A stretch of 64,000 nucleotides of DNA from an uncultured delta proteobacterium (GCA_963776345.1 CAVZMH010000022.1:224001-288000), one strand, 5' to 3'; shown: positions 11,273-20,991, numbered from the stretch's first letter. Made by a program: numbers and translations. Notes: generated by a model from the letters alone, not told the origin.

Positions 11273-11850
11273 TCGCCGCCGGTCTGGTGCTGCTGGGGTA
11301 CCTCTCGGGGAGCGTCCCGTTCGGCTTGCTCCTGGTGCGGGCGACGCGCGGGGTGGACGTCCGCGAGCGGGGGAGCGGCAACATCGGCGCGACCAACGTG
11401 GCCCGGGTCGCCGGCAAGCCGCTGGGCGTGCTGGTCCTGATGCTCGACGCGCTCAAGGGTACGTTCCCGGTGCTGCTCGCCCGCTCGGTGGACCCTGGGG
11501 CCCTGGTGCCGGCCGCGGTGGGCCTAGCCGCCTTCGCCGGGCACGTCGCGCCGCCCTGGCTCGGGTTCAGGGGAGGGAAGGGCGTGGCCACCGCGCTGGG
11601 GGTGCTCGCGGTGCTCGCCCCCCGGGCGGCGCTGGCCGGCGCGGTGACCTACGGGGTGGTGCTGGTGGCGCTGCGCATCAGCTCGGTGGGCTCACTGCTC
11701 GCCGGAATCGTCGCGGTCGCGGTGGCCTGGCTGGTGCCGGGCACTCCGCCCGCTTCCGCCGCGCTGACCTCGGTGCTCTTCGTGGCGATGCTCTGGACGC
11801 ACCGCGGGAACATCGGACGACTGCTCCGGCGTGGCGAGCACCGGGTCTAG
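11269..11850 (+). CDS. plsY: Glycerol-3-phosphate 1-O-acyltransferase PlsY
   Basis: GYLSGSVPFG, GSGNIGATN, FRGGKGVAT and HRGNI motifs; ATGA overlap with upstream gene. Confidence 0.95.
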   Translation: MIAAGLVLLGYLSGSVPFGLLLVRATRGVDVRERGSGNIGATNVARVAGKPLGVLVLMLDALKGTFPVLLARSVDPGALVPAAVGLAAFAGHVAPPWLGFRGGKGVATALGVLAVLAPRAALAGAVTYGVVLVALRISSVGSLLAGIVAVAVAWLVPGTPPASAALTSVLFVAMLWTHRGNIGRLLRRGEHRV

Positions 11851-12999
11851 ATAGCCGCGCGCGGCGTACTCGAGCAGCGTGCACTCGATGGGCCCGTTCC
11901 AGAGCGGACGCCGGCGGAGCGGTCGGTGGTGGAACGCCGCCTCGAAGGCCGGGTTGCCGGAGAGGACGGCGAGCCGGAATCCGGGCAGCGCCCCGAGGCG
12001 CTCCCCGAGGTGGAAGTAGAAGGTCTTCATCCCCTTCTGTCCGCCCGCGGTGAGCCGGTCTCCGTAGGGCGGGTTGGTGACCAGGAGACCGTGGTCGAGG
12101 TCGCCGAGCGGGAGGGGGTGCGTGGCGTCGGCCTCGTCGACGGAGATCTCCCGCTCCAGGCGCGCCGCGCGGACGTTGGCCCTCGCCGCCTCGAGGGCCT
12201 CGGCGTTCCGGTCGAACCCGCGGATGGGGAACGGCGCCCGCCGCTCGTTGGCCCGCGCCTCGGCGCGGAGGCGGTCGAGCGCGGCCTTGGCCTCGGCGCC
12301 GAGGGAGGGCCAGCGCTCGATGCCGAAGGTGCGGTGGACCGACGGAGCGCGCCGGACGGCGATCAGGCCCGCCTCGATGAGGAAGGTCCCCGAGCCGCAC
12401 ATCGGGTCGACCAGGGCCTCGTCTCCCGTGTAGCGGACGGCGCGGAGGATGGCTGCGGCGAGCGTCTCCTTGAGCGGGGCCACCGTCGGCCGAACCCGGT
12501 ACCCGCGCTGGTTCAGGGGTGCGCCGGCCACGTCGAGCGAGAGGGAGAGCCGGGTGCCGGCGAGGTGGGCCACCACGCGCACGTCGGGGCGTCGGGTGTC
12601 CACGTCGGGCCGCGCGCCTCGGCGCTCGCGAAGCCGGTCGACGACGGCGTCCTTGATCTTCAGCGCCACGAATCCCGAGTGGGTGTGCTCGGAGTCGCGC
12701 AGGGTGGCCTCGACGGCGAACGTCGCCCGGGGGTCGAGGTGCTCCTCCCAGGGAACGTCGTGGGCCGCGTCGTAGAGGCCCTCCGCTCCCCGTGCCTCGG
12801 CCTCCGCCAGAGGCCAGAGCAGCCGCATGGCGATGCGCGACCAGAGCGCGATCCGGAGCGCCTCGTTCAGGTTGGCGGAGAACCGCACGCCCCCGCGATC
12901 CGCGCGCACCCGGGCGGCGCCGAGCTCGGTGAGCTCCTCGGCGAGGAGGTCCTCGGTCCCGCGGGCGGCGGTGGCGAATAGGGGGAGGCGGCGGGGCAT
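11692..12999 (-). CDS. THUMP-domain RNA methyltransferase (RlmL-like); true end probably near 11847
   Basis: THUMP domain, APLKETLAAAIL, DPMCGSGT, NPPYG, NGPIEC. Confidence 0.9.
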   Translation of the reverse strand: MPRRLPLFATAARGTEDLLAEELTELGAARVRADRGGVRFSANLNEALRIALWSRIAMRLLWPLAEAEARGAEGLYDAAHDVPWEEHLDPRATFAVEATLRDSEHTHSGFVALKIKDAVVDRLRERRGARPDVDTRRPDVRVVAHLAGTRLSLSLDVAGAPLNQRGYRVRPTVAPLKETLAAAILRAVRYTGDEALVDPMCGSGTFLIEAGLIAVRRAPSVHRTFGIERWPSLGAEAKAALDRLRAEARANERRAPFPIRGFDRNAEALEAARANVRAARLEREISVDEADATHPLPLGDLDHGLLVTNPPYGDRLTAGGQKGMKTFYFHLGERLGALPGFRLAVLSGNPAFEAAFHHRPLRRRPLWNGPIECTLLEYAARGYLDPVLATPEQSSDVPAVRPEHRHEEHRGQRGGSGRSARHQPGHRDRDDSGEQ

Positions 13000-13084
13000 G
13001 ACGACCGACCACGGCTACTGTCTTCCCCCGGTTCACTGCAAGCGTGGTTGACTCGGGGCCGCCGTTCAACCGCGGAGGCATGCG

Positions 13085-13558
13085 ATGCGCCGAGCCGTGC
13101 TGAGCCTGGTGGTGTGCGCCGTCCCGCTCGTGGCCTGGGCTTCGGATGGTGGGGCCAAGGCGGGGATCGACGCCGGGAACCGGAGGTTCGAGGCGGCCCT
13201 GGCGAAGGGCGACGCGGCCGCCCTCGCGAAGCTTTATGCGACCGACGCAGAGATCCTCCCGCCGGGTGGACCGATGGTGAAGGGCCGCGAGGCGATCGAG
13301 AAGTTCTACGGGGGAGTGCTGGCGCAGGGGTTCAAGAAGATCGTCCTGACCACCCACGAGGTGCACGCCGTGGGGAACATGGCGGCAGAGGTGAACAGCT
13401 GGCGGATCGAGGACGCGGCGGGGAAGGGCCTGGAAGGGAAGGGCCTGGTGCTGTGGAAGAAGACCGGAAGCACCTGGCAGCTCTACCGCGACATCTGGAA
13501 CGACAACGGTCAGCCTGAGCCGCCCAAGGCCGAGAAGGCTGCTCCGGCAGCCAAGTAG
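13085..13558 (+). CDS. Exported NTF2-like (DUF4440/YybH) protein
   Basis: Signal peptide; GDAAALAKLYATDA...GREAI...WQLYRDIWN. Confidence 0.85.
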   Translation: MRRAVLSLVVCAVPLVAWASDGGAKAGIDAGNRRFEAALAKGDAAALAKLYATDAEILPPGGPMVKGREAIEKFYGGVLAQGFKKIVLTTHEVHAVGNMAAEVNSWRIEDAAGKGLEGKGLVLWKKTGSTWQLYRDIWNDNGQPEPPKAEKAAPAAK

Positions 13559-13571
13559 GGAGCGTTCGGCG

Positions 13572-14000
13572 ATGCTCGGGGAGGCTCTGATCAGCGTCGA
13601 GGCCGCGCAGCGGATGATCGACGGGAGCCCCTTCGGGCGCTGGTGGGGCTACCGGGTGGAGGAGCTGGGGCCGGGGCGCGCCCGGCTCCTGCTCCCCTTC
13701 CAGCCGCACTTCGAGCGCCCCGGCGGCGTGCTCCAGGGCGGTTGCGCGATGACCCTGTCGGACGTGTCGTTCTGGATCGCCGGGATGACGGTGATGGGCG
13801 AGGACCCGACGGCGATGACCTTGCAGATGAGCTCGTCGTTTCTCCGGCCGGCCGTGCTGGGTGACCTCCGCTCCGAGGCGCGCATCCTCCGTGCGGGACG
13901 CCGCATCCTCTACGGCGAGGCGTCGGTCACGGACATGGCCGGGAACCTCCTGACGCACCACGTGCTCACCTACATGCGGCCGGACAGCCGATCCGAATGA
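13572..14000 (+). CDS. PaaI family thioesterase
   Basis: GVLQGGCAMTLSD, SFLRPA, AGRRI hotdog-fold motifs. Confidence 0.85.
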   Translation: MLGEALISVEAAQRMIDGSPFGRWWGYRVEELGPGRARLLLPFQPHFERPGGVLQGGCAMTLSDVSFWIAGMTVMGEDPTAMTLQMSSSFLRPAVLGDLRSEARILRAGRRILYGEASVTDMAGNLLTHHVLTYMRPDSRSE

Positions 14001-14072
14001 ACGAGAGAGGTGTCAACGAGAGAGGTGTCTGACACCTCGGACGGAGACACCTCGGACGGACACCTCGGACGG
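14000..14072. repeat. Cluster of direct and inverted GAGGTGTC/GACACCTC repeats (REP-like)
   Basis: AACGAGAGAGGTGTC x2, then T, then GACACCTCGGACG(GA) x3, symmetric about GAGGTGTC-T-GACACCTC. Confidence 0.85.
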
Positions 14073-14136
14073 GCGGACCGGCTGCCCAACTGTGCCGGCG
14101 CCCTGTCCCCCGCTGGAATAGGTTGATTTCAAGTCG

Positions 14137-14964
14137 ATGACCTCGCCCTCCCCACTCGCCACCCCGGTCCCCTGGAACCTCGTCGCCTCGGCCTACGAGG
14201 CCGAGGTGGTTCCGCAGTTCCAGCATTTCGCGCGGGAGGCCCTGCGGCTCGCCGCGCCTCCCGCCGGCTCGCGCGTGGCCGACGTCGCCTGCGGCCCGGG
14301 GACGCTGGCCCTCCTCGCGGCGAGCGCCGGGCTCACCGTCGACGCGCTCGATTTCTCCACCGAGATGATCGAACGGCTCGAGCGACGCGCCCGTTCCCTC
14401 GACCTCACGGGCGTCACGGCCCGGGTGGGCGACGGGCAGGCGCTCCCCTTCGAGGACGGCGCCTATGCCGGAGCGTTCTCCCTGTTCGGCCTCATGTTCT
14501 TCCCCGATCGGGCCAGGGGCTTTGCCGAGCTTCGTCGCATCCTGGCTCCAGGTGCGCGGGCCGTGGTCTCGAGCTGGCAACCGCTGGAGAGCGTTCCCGC
14601 GATGGCGGCGATGTTCGGCGCGCTCCGCGAAACGCTCTGGAAGACGTTCGGCCAGGGCGGCCCCCCGCAGTCGGACCAGGGGCCACTCACCACCGCGGAC
14701 GCCTGCCGCTCCGAGATGGGGAGGTCCTTCGTCGACGTGGTGGTCCATCCGGTGTCGACCGAGGTCGACTTCCCCTCGGTGGACGCGCTCTGGGAGTCGA
14801 TGCAGCGGACCATGGCGCCGATCGTGATGATGCGGCGTGGCGTCGGGGAGGAGCGCTGGGCCCCGCTATCGAGCGCCGCTCGCGCTGCGATGGCAGCGGC
14901 TCTCGGAGAGGGCCCGGTGAAGCTGGCGATGAACGCCTTGCTGACGGTGGGCGTCGCCGGATAG
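14137..14964 (+). CDS. Class I SAM-dependent methyltransferase (UbiE-like)
   Basis: VADVACGPG; GDGQALPFEDGAY; FGLMFFPD. Confidence 0.9.
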   Translation: MTSPSPLATPVPWNLVASAYEAEVVPQFQHFAREALRLAAPPAGSRVADVACGPGTLALLAASAGLTVDALDFSTEMIERLERRARSLDLTGVTARVGDGQALPFEDGAYAGAFSLFGLMFFPDRARGFAELRRILAPGARAVVSSWQPLESVPAMAAMFGALRETLWKTFGQGGPPQSDQGPLTTADACRSEMGRSFVDVVVHPVSTEVDFPSVDALWESMQRTMAPIVMMRRGVGEERWAPLSSAARAAMAAALGEGPVKLAMNALLTVGVAG

Positions 14965-14976
14965 CCCGCGCGACGG

Positions 14977-15735
14977 TCAGGCGGTGGTCGCGACGACCAG
15001 CACCACCCGGGTCGACGTCCGGTGCTGCGGAGAGGCGAGCGCCTCCAGGAACCCGCGCTCGAAGGCCGGAAACCTCGGACCGAGGAATGCCTGGAGGCCG
15101 CCCATCCGCGCGAGGCGGAGGCGCCAGGCCGTCAGCACGTCGGGGTCGGCGGGTTCGTCGAAGCTCAGCTCGTCGTCGGGCAGGATGCTCTCCGAGAGGA
15201 CTCGCAGTCCCGCGTGTCTCGCCGCCTGCGCGAGCCGGGCGCCGGAGAGGAAGTCGTAGCGTCCGGCGAGGCGCGCGGAGTCGTAGAAGCGCGGGAGCTC
15301 CGCCGCGAGCTCGGGAGCCAGAGGCCCGTGGCCGAGCAGGTCCTCCATCTCCACCAGCGCGCACCACCCGCCGGGCACGAGGCACCGGGCCCAGGCCGCG
15401 ACCAGCGGATCGAGGTCCGGGAAGTACGCGGCCACGAAGCTCGACCAGATGCCGTCGACCACTCCGAACGTCGCCGGGGTCAGCGCCGTCACGTCAGCGC
15501 GCTCGAATCGAACGTCCGGGCAACGGGCCCGGGCGACGTCTAGGAGATCTTGGTCGAGGTCCACGCCGGTCACCTGGGCCCCGAGTCGAGCCAGACGGGC
15601 AGTCACGTGGCCGACGCCACAGCCGAGATCGAGCACCCGCTGGCCTGCGACGATCGGTACCCGAGAGAGCGCTTCATCCCACCGGCGCCAGCGCTCCTGG
15701 CGTTCGTACTGCTCGGCGAGGGCGGAGGGCGGCAC
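14977..15735 (-). CDS. Class I SAM-dependent methyltransferase
   Basis: VLDLGCGVG, GVDLD, LVPGG; start uncertain (GTG at 15735 chosen). Confidence 0.85.
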   Translation of the reverse strand: MPPSALAEQYERQERWRRWDEALSRVPIVAGQRVLDLGCGVGHVTARLARLGAQVTGVDLDQDLLDVARARCPDVRFERADVTALTPATFGVVDGIWSSFVAAYFPDLDPLVAAWARCLVPGGWCALVEMEDLLGHGPLAPELAAELPRFYDSARLAGRYDFLSGARLAQAARHAGLRVLSESILPDDELSFDEPADPDVLTAWRLRLARMGGLQAFLGPRFPAFERGFLEALASPQHRTSTRVVLVVATTA

Positions 15736-15927
15736 GAGAGCCGATCTTACGCGGGCGGTCCTCGGGGGCGGCGCTTGGCGCGCGTCGTCCAACGTTGTGC
15801 ACCGGTCGGCCGGTCCATTCCAGGGCCAGTGTCGCTCCGACCCATGGTACGGATCCCTCGTGTCGGCGAGCGAGCCCGCCTCTGCCCAGCGCGACCTGTC
15901 CAAGGTTCCCGCGACGCTGACCGGTAA

Positions 15928-15946
15928 CGAGGTGTTTGACACCTCG
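15928..15946. repeat. Palindrome CGAGGTGTTTGACACCTCG, same core as the 14.0 kb repeat cluster
   Basis: Read directly from the sequence. Confidence 0.8.
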
Positions 15947-15978
15947 AAAAGCTATGTATTAACAAGGACTTGTCCAGC

Positions 15979-18843
15979 TCAGGCGGCGCCGGCGCCGGGC
16001 ATCTCGCCGAGCGGCCGGAGCAGGACCTCGCGGGGCTTCGCGCCGTCGGCCGCGCCCACCACTCCGTCGCGCTCCATGCGCTCGATCATCCGCGCGGCGC
16101 GGTTGTAGCCGATGCGCATCTTCCGCTGGAGCATCGAGATGCTCACCTGGCGCATCTCGCTCACCGTGGCCAGCGCCTGGTCGTAGAGCTCGTCGCTCAG
16201 CTCGTCCTCCAGGCCCGCGTCGCTCAGGTCCTCCTCGCGCGGCTTGAGGATCGACTCGTCGTACACCGGCTTGCCCTGCGCCTTGAGGTGGTCGACGGCG
16301 CGCTTGATCTCCGTCTCGCTGACGAATGCCCCGTGCACCCGGACCATGTTCGCGCTGGTCGGCGGCATCAGCAGCATGTCGCCCATCCCCAGCAGCGACT
16401 CGGCGCCCACCGTCCCGAGGATGGTCATCGAGTCCGGCTTGGTCCGGAGCATGAAGCTGATGCGGGTCGGGAAGTTCGCCTTGATGACGCCGGTCACCAC
16501 GTCGGTCGACGGGCGCTGCGTCGCCACCAGGAGGTGGATGCCCGCCGCGCGCGCCATCTGCGCCAGCCGGGCGATCGACGTCTCCACCTCGCGGCTGGCG
16601 ACCATCATGAGATCGGCCAGCTCGTCGATGATCACCACCAGGTAGGGAAGCTTCTTCAGCTCCTTCGGCTTGTCGTCGGCCGGAGCGTCGGCGGAGGCCT
16701 TGACCGGCTCGCCGGCCTCTCCCTCGGCCTCCAGCGTGGTTCGCGGATCCTCCGCGGCCTCGTGCGGCGAGGGGACGCCGAGCGACTCCTCCTTGGCCCG
16801 GGCCAGCGCGTCGTCCTCGGACTCGCCCTCGCCCACGTCCACCACCAGGAGCGCGGCGGCCTTCTTCGGCTTCGGCGCCTCGCGCTTCTTCTCCAGCAGC
16901 ACGCGGGCGTCACCCTTCGCGCTCTCCACCAGCTTGTTGTAGCCGGCGATGTTCCGCACCCCGACCTCGGAGAGCAGCTGGTACCGCCGCTCCATCTCCT
17001 CCACCGCCCAGCGCAGCGCGAGCGCCGCCTTTTTTGGATCCGTGACCACCGGCAACAGGAGATGCGGAATCCCCTCGTAGACGCTCAGCTCGAGCATCTT
17101 CGGGTCCACCATGATGAAGCGGACCTCCTCCGGCGTGGCCTTGAGGAGGATGCTCATCACCATCGAGTTCACCGCCACCGACTTGCCGGACCCGGTGGTG
17201 CCCGCGGCCAGGACGTGGGGCGCCTTGGCCAGGTCCATCACGTAGGGCATCCCCTCGATGTCCTTGCCCAGCGCCATCGTCAGCTTGCTGCTCGAGCGCT
17301 GGAACACGTCCTGCTCGACGATCTCCTTCAGGAACACCGTCTCCCGGTCGCGGTTCGGCACCTCGATGCCCACCACGCCCTTGCCGGGGATGGGCGCGAC
17401 GATGCGCACCCGCATCGCCTCCATCGCCATCGCCAGGTCGTCGGCCAGCGCGGCGATCTTCGAGACCTTGATCCCGGGCCCAGGCAGGAACTCGTACATC
17501 GTGACCACGGGGCCGGGGCGGATCTCCACCACCTCGCCCACGATGCCGAAGTCCGCCAGCTTGGCCCGGAGCTTCTCCGCGGTGCTGAGGAACACTTCCT
17601 TGTCCAGCGCGCTGCGCTCGGGGCGGTCGAAGTCCAGCACGTCGAGCGGGGGCAGGGTGAACTGCGTCCGCCCACCCACGAACTCGAACTGGTCCTGCTC
17701 CTTGGGCTTGGTCGGCTTCGGCGGCGCCTTGGGCTCGACGATCAGCGGGGTGCGCGGCTCGATGGCCCGGGGCGGCGCGGGCACGATGGCCCCCACCGAG
17801 GCGGCCTCGACCGCCGCCGCCGCGGCAGGAGCCCCCACCGCCGCGGTCGCAACCGCTGCCGGCGCGGTCACGATCTCCGGCTGGTCGCCCTTGCGGCGCT
17901 TCCGTGGAGTCTCGGGCGCCTGCGGGGCGCCGTTCACCGCCGCGAGCTCGCGTGTCCAGGCCGGATCCGCTCCCGGCAGCAGCGCGGCCGGAACGTCCTT
18001 CTGCCGCTCCAGCGCGCGGCTCTCGGACTCGCGGGCCAGCCGGAGCGCCTCCTCGGCCACCGCCTCGGCCTCCATCGCCTCGGACTCGGCCTGGCTCAGC
18101 TCCTCCTCGTCGGCCTCGAGCTGGGCGAGGAACGCCGCCTCCTCCAGCTTCGACGCGGCGCGCGCCTCGGTCCGAGCCGCCCAGGACTTCTTCTGCGCCT
18201 CCCAGAACCCGAGGAGCCCGGTGCGCGCCTTCGCCCCGAGCTCGCCGAGTACGTGGCCCAGCGCCACCACCCCGCGGAGCAGCGCGAAGTTGGTGGCCAC
18301 CAGCATCGCGGCGAACGCCACCGCCGAGACGACGATCACCGTCCCCACCACGTCGAACAGGTCCACCAGCCAGGTGGACACCTCGACGCCCAGCGCGCCA
18401 CCGGGCGGGTTCCGCGGGTGCAGCCCCGGAGTCCCTAGCCCCAGCTGGACGAGCACGCAGGTGGCGACCAGCAGCACCCCCGCCGCCAGGACCTGTGGCC
18501 ACCGGCGCTTCTCGCGCTTGCCGACCAGGAGGACGCCCGAGACGTACGCCCCCGCCAGCGGGATGGCCGGCGCGGCGATGCCCAGGAAGCCGCCCAGGAG
18601 CGCCGCCAGCGCATGACCCACCGGTCCGGCGCCGTTGTGCGCGGTTCGCGGGGCGGCCAGCCCCGGGTCGGTTAGGAGCGCCACCAGGGCGAGCGAGGAC
18701 AGGGCCAGGAGCGCCACCCCGAGGAGTGCGCGCCGACCCACCCCCGACCCCTCGACGCGCCGGACCGCCAGCGCCTTCTTGCGCGAGGAGACCTCCTGCT
18801 TCGACAGGACCTTCTTCTCCGGACGGGGCCGCCTGGCCGCCAT
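15979..18843 (-). CDS. ftsK: DNA translocase FtsK
   Basis: 4-TM N-terminus; Walker A GTTGSGKS; VIIDELADLMM; gamma domain LQRKMRIGYNRAAR. Confidence 0.97.
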   Translation of the reverse strand: MAARRPRPEKKVLSKQEVSSRKKALAVRRVEGSGVGRRALLGVALLALSSLALVALLTDPGLAAPRTAHNGAGPVGHALAALLGGFLGIAAPAIPLAGAYVSGVLLVGKREKRRWPQVLAAGVLLVATCVLVQLGLGTPGLHPRNPPGGALGVEVSTWLVDLFDVVGTVIVVSAVAFAAMLVATNFALLRGVVALGHVLGELGAKARTGLLGFWEAQKKSWAARTEARAASKLEEAAFLAQLEADEEELSQAESEAMEAEAVAEEALRLARESESRALERQKDVPAALLPGADPAWTRELAAVNGAPQAPETPRKRRKGDQPEIVTAPAAVATAAVGAPAAAAAVEAASVGAIVPAPPRAIEPRTPLIVEPKAPPKPTKPKEQDQFEFVGGRTQFTLPPLDVLDFDRPERSALDKEVFLSTAEKLRAKLADFGIVGEVVEIRPGPVVTMYEFLPGPGIKVSKIAALADDLAMAMEAMRVRIVAPIPGKGVVGIEVPNRDRETVFLKEIVEQDVFQRSSSKLTMALGKDIEGMPYVMDLAKAPHVLAAGTTGSGKSVAVNSMVMSILLKATPEEVRFIMVDPKMLELSVYEGIPHLLLPVVTDPKKAALALRWAVEEMERRYQLLSEVGVRNIAGYNKLVESAKGDARVLLEKKREAPKPKKAAALLVVDVGEGESEDDALARAKEESLGVPSPHEAAEDPRTTLEAEGEAGEPVKASADAPADDKPKELKKLPYLVVIIDELADLMMVASREVETSIARLAQMARAAGIHLLVATQRPSTDVVTGVIKANFPTRISFMLRTKPDSMTILGTVGAESLLGMGDMLLMPPTSANMVRVHGAFVSETEIKRAVDHLKAQGKPVYDESILKPREEDLSDAGLEDELSDELYDQALATVSEMRQVSISMLQRKMRIGYNRAARMIERMERDGVVGAADGAKPREVLLRPLGEMPGAGAA

Positions 18844-18969
18844 GACGTACCGTTCCCTCGCCCCCAGAGGGGGGCTACCTGTTGCGACCTGAAGCAGCCG
18901 TCGACTGTCGAGCCAGGGGCGGGGGTGGTCAATTTTCCAGCCCTGTGCAATGCAACGAGCCTCCAGGAC

Positions 18970-20643
18970 ATGGATCTCCGCTGCGAGCGGTGCAAGACGC
19001 TCTACGAGCTCGACGACGCGCGGGTCTCCGAGGCGGGGACCACCGTGCGCTGCACGAGCTGCGGTCACGTCTTCCGCGTCCGCAAGAAGGTCCTCCTGAT
19101 GACCGAGGCGGTGGGCGCGAGCGGCGAGTTCACGGCCGTGCCCCCGCCGGTCGTCGAGAAGCCGGCCTGGCGGGTCCGGAGCCCGAGCGGGCGGGTCATC
19201 GCCTTTCGCGAGCTGACGTCGATGCAGAAGTGGATCGTGGAGCGGAAGTTCGCCCGCGACGACGAGATCAGCCTCCAGGGCGACACCTGGAAGCGTCTGG
19301 GGGACATCGCCGAGCTCCAGCCCTTCTTCCTGCTGCTCGAAGAGGTGGACCGCATCCATGCGCTGGAGGAGCGGCTGCACCGCGCCGGGCTGGCGGACGA
19401 GGCTCCCGAGCCGGAGCCGGGCGCGCCCCCCGGGGCCACCCCACCCGAGGGGGGCCGTCCCGCCCGGACGCCCATCCAGCTGGACACGCCCCTCGACCCG
19501 GAGCCGGCCGCGTCGAGCTCCGACCCGCGCCTGCCGGCCTCCGAGCCCACCGAGCCGCTCGCTGCTTCCGACCGCCCCACCGAGCCGCTCGCCGCTCCCG
19601 ACCGCCCCACCGAGCCGCTCGGTGTTCCCGACCGCCCCACCGAGCCGCTCGCCGTTCCCGACCGCCCCACCGAGCCTGCGCGCGCCGGGACCCCGGCTGC
19701 CTTCTCGCTCGCGGACATCGGCGAGGCGAGCCTGCCCTCGCCGGACGACCTCATCCTGGACGGCACGGTCGAGCCCAAGGGCCGGGCGGACGAGGCGGAT
19801 CAGCCTGCCGGCCTCGGCGTCGACCCGGGTGTGGTGGACGACTGGGGCGAGTCGCCGGAGCGTGCCAGCAAGGCCCCCTGGGTCGCCGTGGTGCTGACCG
19901 TCGCCGGCACCGCGGTCGCCGCCGCGGCCTACTTCCAGATCTGGGTCCCGGCACAGGAGGACAAGATCCGACATGCGGCGGACCGGGTCCGCATCGAGCA
20001 GTCGGAGAAGGCGCGGGCCCTGGAGGACGCCGACGTCCAGGAACGCGAGCGCCGGGCCAAGGAGGAGCTGCTGGCCGGGATGGCTGGCCGGGCGGATGCC
20101 GGCGCCACCACGCCCGCGGGCACGGCGGCCGATGCTGGGACCGGGGCCAGCGCCGACCCCGAGCCTCGCCGCGGCTCCGTCGACCCGGGCAAGCCTGCCA
20201 CCACCATGCAGGCCAGCATGACCGCCACGATCCCTGCCGGCGCTCCGCTCCGCTCCCGCCCGGCCCCGCCCCCCGAGGCCCGGGCACGCACCTTCGAGGA
20301 CTGGATGGCCCAGGGCGACCGCGAGCGGGCTCACGCGCGGGCCCGGTCCGCCCTCGACGCCTACCAGCGCGCCATCGCCCTGCAGCCTGCCCGGCCGGAG
20401 GCCCACCTGGCGCGGGGCATCGCGCTGCTCGACCTCGGCGATCCCCGCTCGGCGGTCAGGGCGTTCCGGCGCACCCTGGAGGTGAATCCGCGGTACTCAG
20501 TGGCCGATTTCTGGCTCGGCGAGGCATACCGCCGCGCGGGCCAGGCCCCGGAAGCCGTCGAGGCGTACGGCCGTTATCTGGAGGCTGCACCCGAGGGCGC
20601 CGAGGCGGCACGGGCGCGACAGGCCTTGAACGGCCTTCAGTGA
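18970..20643 (+). CDS. Zinc-ribbon (MJ0042-type) plus GYF_2-like domain, TM segment and C-terminal TPR protein
   Basis: CERCKTLY...VRCTSCGHVF; QKWIVERKFARDDEISLQGDTWKRLGDIAEL; TM segment; TPR motifs. Confidence 0.8.
   Translation: MDLRCERCKTLYELDDARVSEAGTTVRCTSCGHVFRVRKKVLLMTEAVGASGEFTAVPPPVVEKPAWRVRSPSGRVIAFRELTSMQKWIVERKFARDDEISLQGDTWKRLGDIAELQPFFLLLEEVDRIHALEERLHRAGLADEAPEPEPGAPPGATPPEGGRPARTPIQLDTPLDPEPAASSSDPRLPASEPTEPLAASDRPTEPLAAPDRPTEPLGVPDRPTEPLAVPDRPTEPARAGTPAAFSLADIGEASLPSPDDLILDGTVEPKGRADEADQPAGLGVDPGVVDDWGESPERASKAPWVAVVLTVAGTAVAAAAYFQIWVPAQEDKIRHAADRVRIEQSEKARALEDADVQERERRAKEELLAGMAGRADAGATTPAGTAADAGTGASADPEPRRGSVDPGKPATTMQASMTATIPAGAPLRSRPAPPPEARARTFEDWMAQGDRERAHARARSALDAYQRAIALQPARPEAHLARGIALLDLGDPRSAVRAFRRTLEVNPRYSVADFWLGEAYRRAGQAPEAVEAYGRYLEAAPEGAEAARARQALNGLQ
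19546..19677 (+). repeat. 30-bp in-frame tandem repeat (about 4.4 copies)
   Basis: Encodes PTEPLAASDR/PTEPLAAPDR/PTEPLGVPDR/PTEPLAVPDR/PTEP. Confidence 0.92.
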
Positions 20644-20664
20644 TCGGGGCAGAAGGGAAGAACC

Positions 20665-20991
20665 ATGCTCGACAAGCCTTCCAAGGACGAGGACGAGTAC
20701 TTCGCCCGCGAGGACGTGGAGAAGAAGCGGAAGCTCGCGTTCCAGCAGGCGCAGGTGATGGCCGAGCAACAGCAGGAGGCGCTCCGGACGCTCCACTACA
20801 TGAAGTGCCCCAAGTGCGGCTTCGACCTGCACACCCTGAAGCTGGGCCAGGTGGAGATCGACACCTGCTTCAACTGCAAGGGGGTGTGGTTCGACGCCGG
20901 CGAGCTCGAGCACTTCCAGCGAGAGGTGAAGAAGCCCGAGCAGAAGAACGCCGTGCTGGGGGCCATCCTCAACCTGTTCAAGAACGACTGA
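20665..20991 (+). CDS. zf-TFIIB-like zinc-finger protein
   Basis: EDEYFARE; MKCPKCG...IDTCFNCKGVWFDAGELE. Confidence 0.85.
   Translation: MLDKPSKDEDEYFAREDVEKKRKLAFQQAQVMAEQQQEALRTLHYMKCPKCGFDLHTLKLGQVEIDTCFNCKGVWFDAGELEHFQREVKKPEQKNAVLGAILNLFKND

Noticed and set aside
11692..11850. 159-nt convergent overlap of the THUMP methyltransferase with plsY
   Set aside because: A minus-strand TAG sits one base out of frame in the shared CTAG at 11847-11850, so an indel error is more likely than a real overlap.
14000..14072. Repeat cluster as a mini-CRISPR
   Set aside because: Units are 13-15 bp, abut without spacers and switch orientation.
19546..19677. 30-bp repeats as a possible CRISPR array
   Set aside because: No unique spacers, the repeats are in frame within a CDS, and no cas genes are present.
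15979..20406. 1475-aa FtsK ORF and other very long antisense or alternate-frame ORFs (e.g. 37138..40311 +, 45866..49588 +, 58029..61010 +)
   Set aside because: These are high-GC shadow ORFs. They overlap genes with clear motifs and are Arg/Pro/Gly-rich without domains; FtsK plausibly starts at 18843.
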